Below are positions 59,999 through 60,216 of a stretch of DNA of 60,216 nt, piece after piece; position 1 is the stretch's first letter; the number at the start of each line of letters is the position of its first letter. The stretch is from positions 1-60,216 of the forward strand of contig JAWAEB010000001.1 of NCBI GenBank assembly GCA_038891515.1, given 5' to 3'. The translations under genes were made by a program, and so were the position numbers. Below the pieces are notes generated by a model that saw nothing but the letters and a program-made list of their open reading frames with translations, was not told the DNA's origin and did not search any database. Origin of the DNA: Nitrososphaerota archaeon. Lineage in GTDB: Archaea > Thermoproteota > Nitrososphaeria_A > Caldarchaeales > Caldarchaeaceae.

Positions 59999-60216
59999 GC
60001 TATATATAGTGAGTTAAGCTTGATTCATAATCCTGTTTTTGGCTATCAGTGTTCTGTATGATCTGGCTTTTTCTGGTCTGCCTGTGGCTGCTGCGGCTAC
60101 GGCGACTGCCAGCTGGGCTGTAGCGGCCATGTATATCTTTGTTCTTCTTATGCTCTTAACCCTGTGTATGCTCTTGAGTGTGTCTAGGTGTCTTGAGTTG
60201 TTATGCTCTACAGCCC

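Noticed and set aside
60001-60216. Possible integrated element downstream of tRNA-Thr, since tRNA genes are common integration targets. A small minus-strand ORF is present (ATG near 60131, MAATAQLAVAVAAAATGRPEK..., about 37 aa).
   Set aside because: Only 216 bp are visible. No integrase fragment is recognisable, and I found no direct repeat of the tRNA 3' end. This cannot be assessed without the flanking sequence.
1-60216. CRISPR arrays, cas genes, transposases or IS elements, integrases, toxin-antitoxin pairs and known defence-system ATPases or nucleases.
   Set aside because: No regularly spaced direct repeats were seen, and no ORF has DDE, HUH, tyrosine-recombinase, Cas or PIN/HEPN-type motifs. 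The AbrB-type gene (47371-47646) has no adjacent toxin ORF. The small Toprim and DUF429-like proteins are conserved single-gene archaeal families, not evident defence modules.

Overview
This is an archaeal chromosomal segment. The evidence is an archaeal-type ThrRS with an N-terminal editing domain, AglB/STT3, Nop10, PAC2, FtsZ, a BHB-type tRNA intron, and TATA-like boxes about 25-30 nt upstream of many start codons. Packing is very tight and many gene ends overlap. The lineage cannot be fixed from sequence alone; the gene content suggests an aerobic TACK/Thermoproteota-like archaeon.

Layout:
- 0-7.7 kb: cofactor and respiratory genes (pgk 3' end, haem O synthase, MoaA, cytochrome b, NCS1 permease).
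- About 8-30 kb: an accessory-looking catabolic block that appears lower in GC. It holds isochorismatase-type amidases, two UbiD decarboxylases plus UbiX, ALDH, an LLM oxidoreductase, hydantoinase/oxoprolinase A+B, an aminotransferase, a ThDP enzyme, a NitT/TauT ABC importer, an orphan XDH/CoxL-type Mo subunit and two gene remnants.
- 30-49 kb: housekeeping genes (GGPP synthase, FtsZ, 3-hydroxyacyl-CoA DH/crotonase fusion, SufS, ThrRS, RadB-like ATPase, AglB, PAC2, Nop10, a second Mo subunit, MetRS).
- 49-57.7 kb: a Liv-type ABC importer plus amidohydrolase, LLM, MBL and HAD genes.
- 57.8-60 kb: an ECF-S-like membrane protein, a divergent ThrC-like/PadR fusion gene, then tRNA-Thr(CGU).

Main leads:
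1. A threonine-synthase-like protein whose PLP Schiff-base lysine is replaced by Ile and which is fused to a PadR wHTH, making it a candidate ligand-sensing regulator. It shares a 52-bp symmetric promoter region with the vitamin-type ECF S component.
2. A GC-rich, four-helix RNA element ending in a U6 tract directly upstream of moaA.
3. An unlisted 48-aa RHH (CdrS-like) gene overlapping the ftsZ start.
4. tRNA-Thr with a 28-nt BHB intron at position 26/27.
5. The prFMN / ATP-dependent lactamase / Mo-hydroxylase catabolic block.

No CRISPR array, transposase or integrase was recognised.
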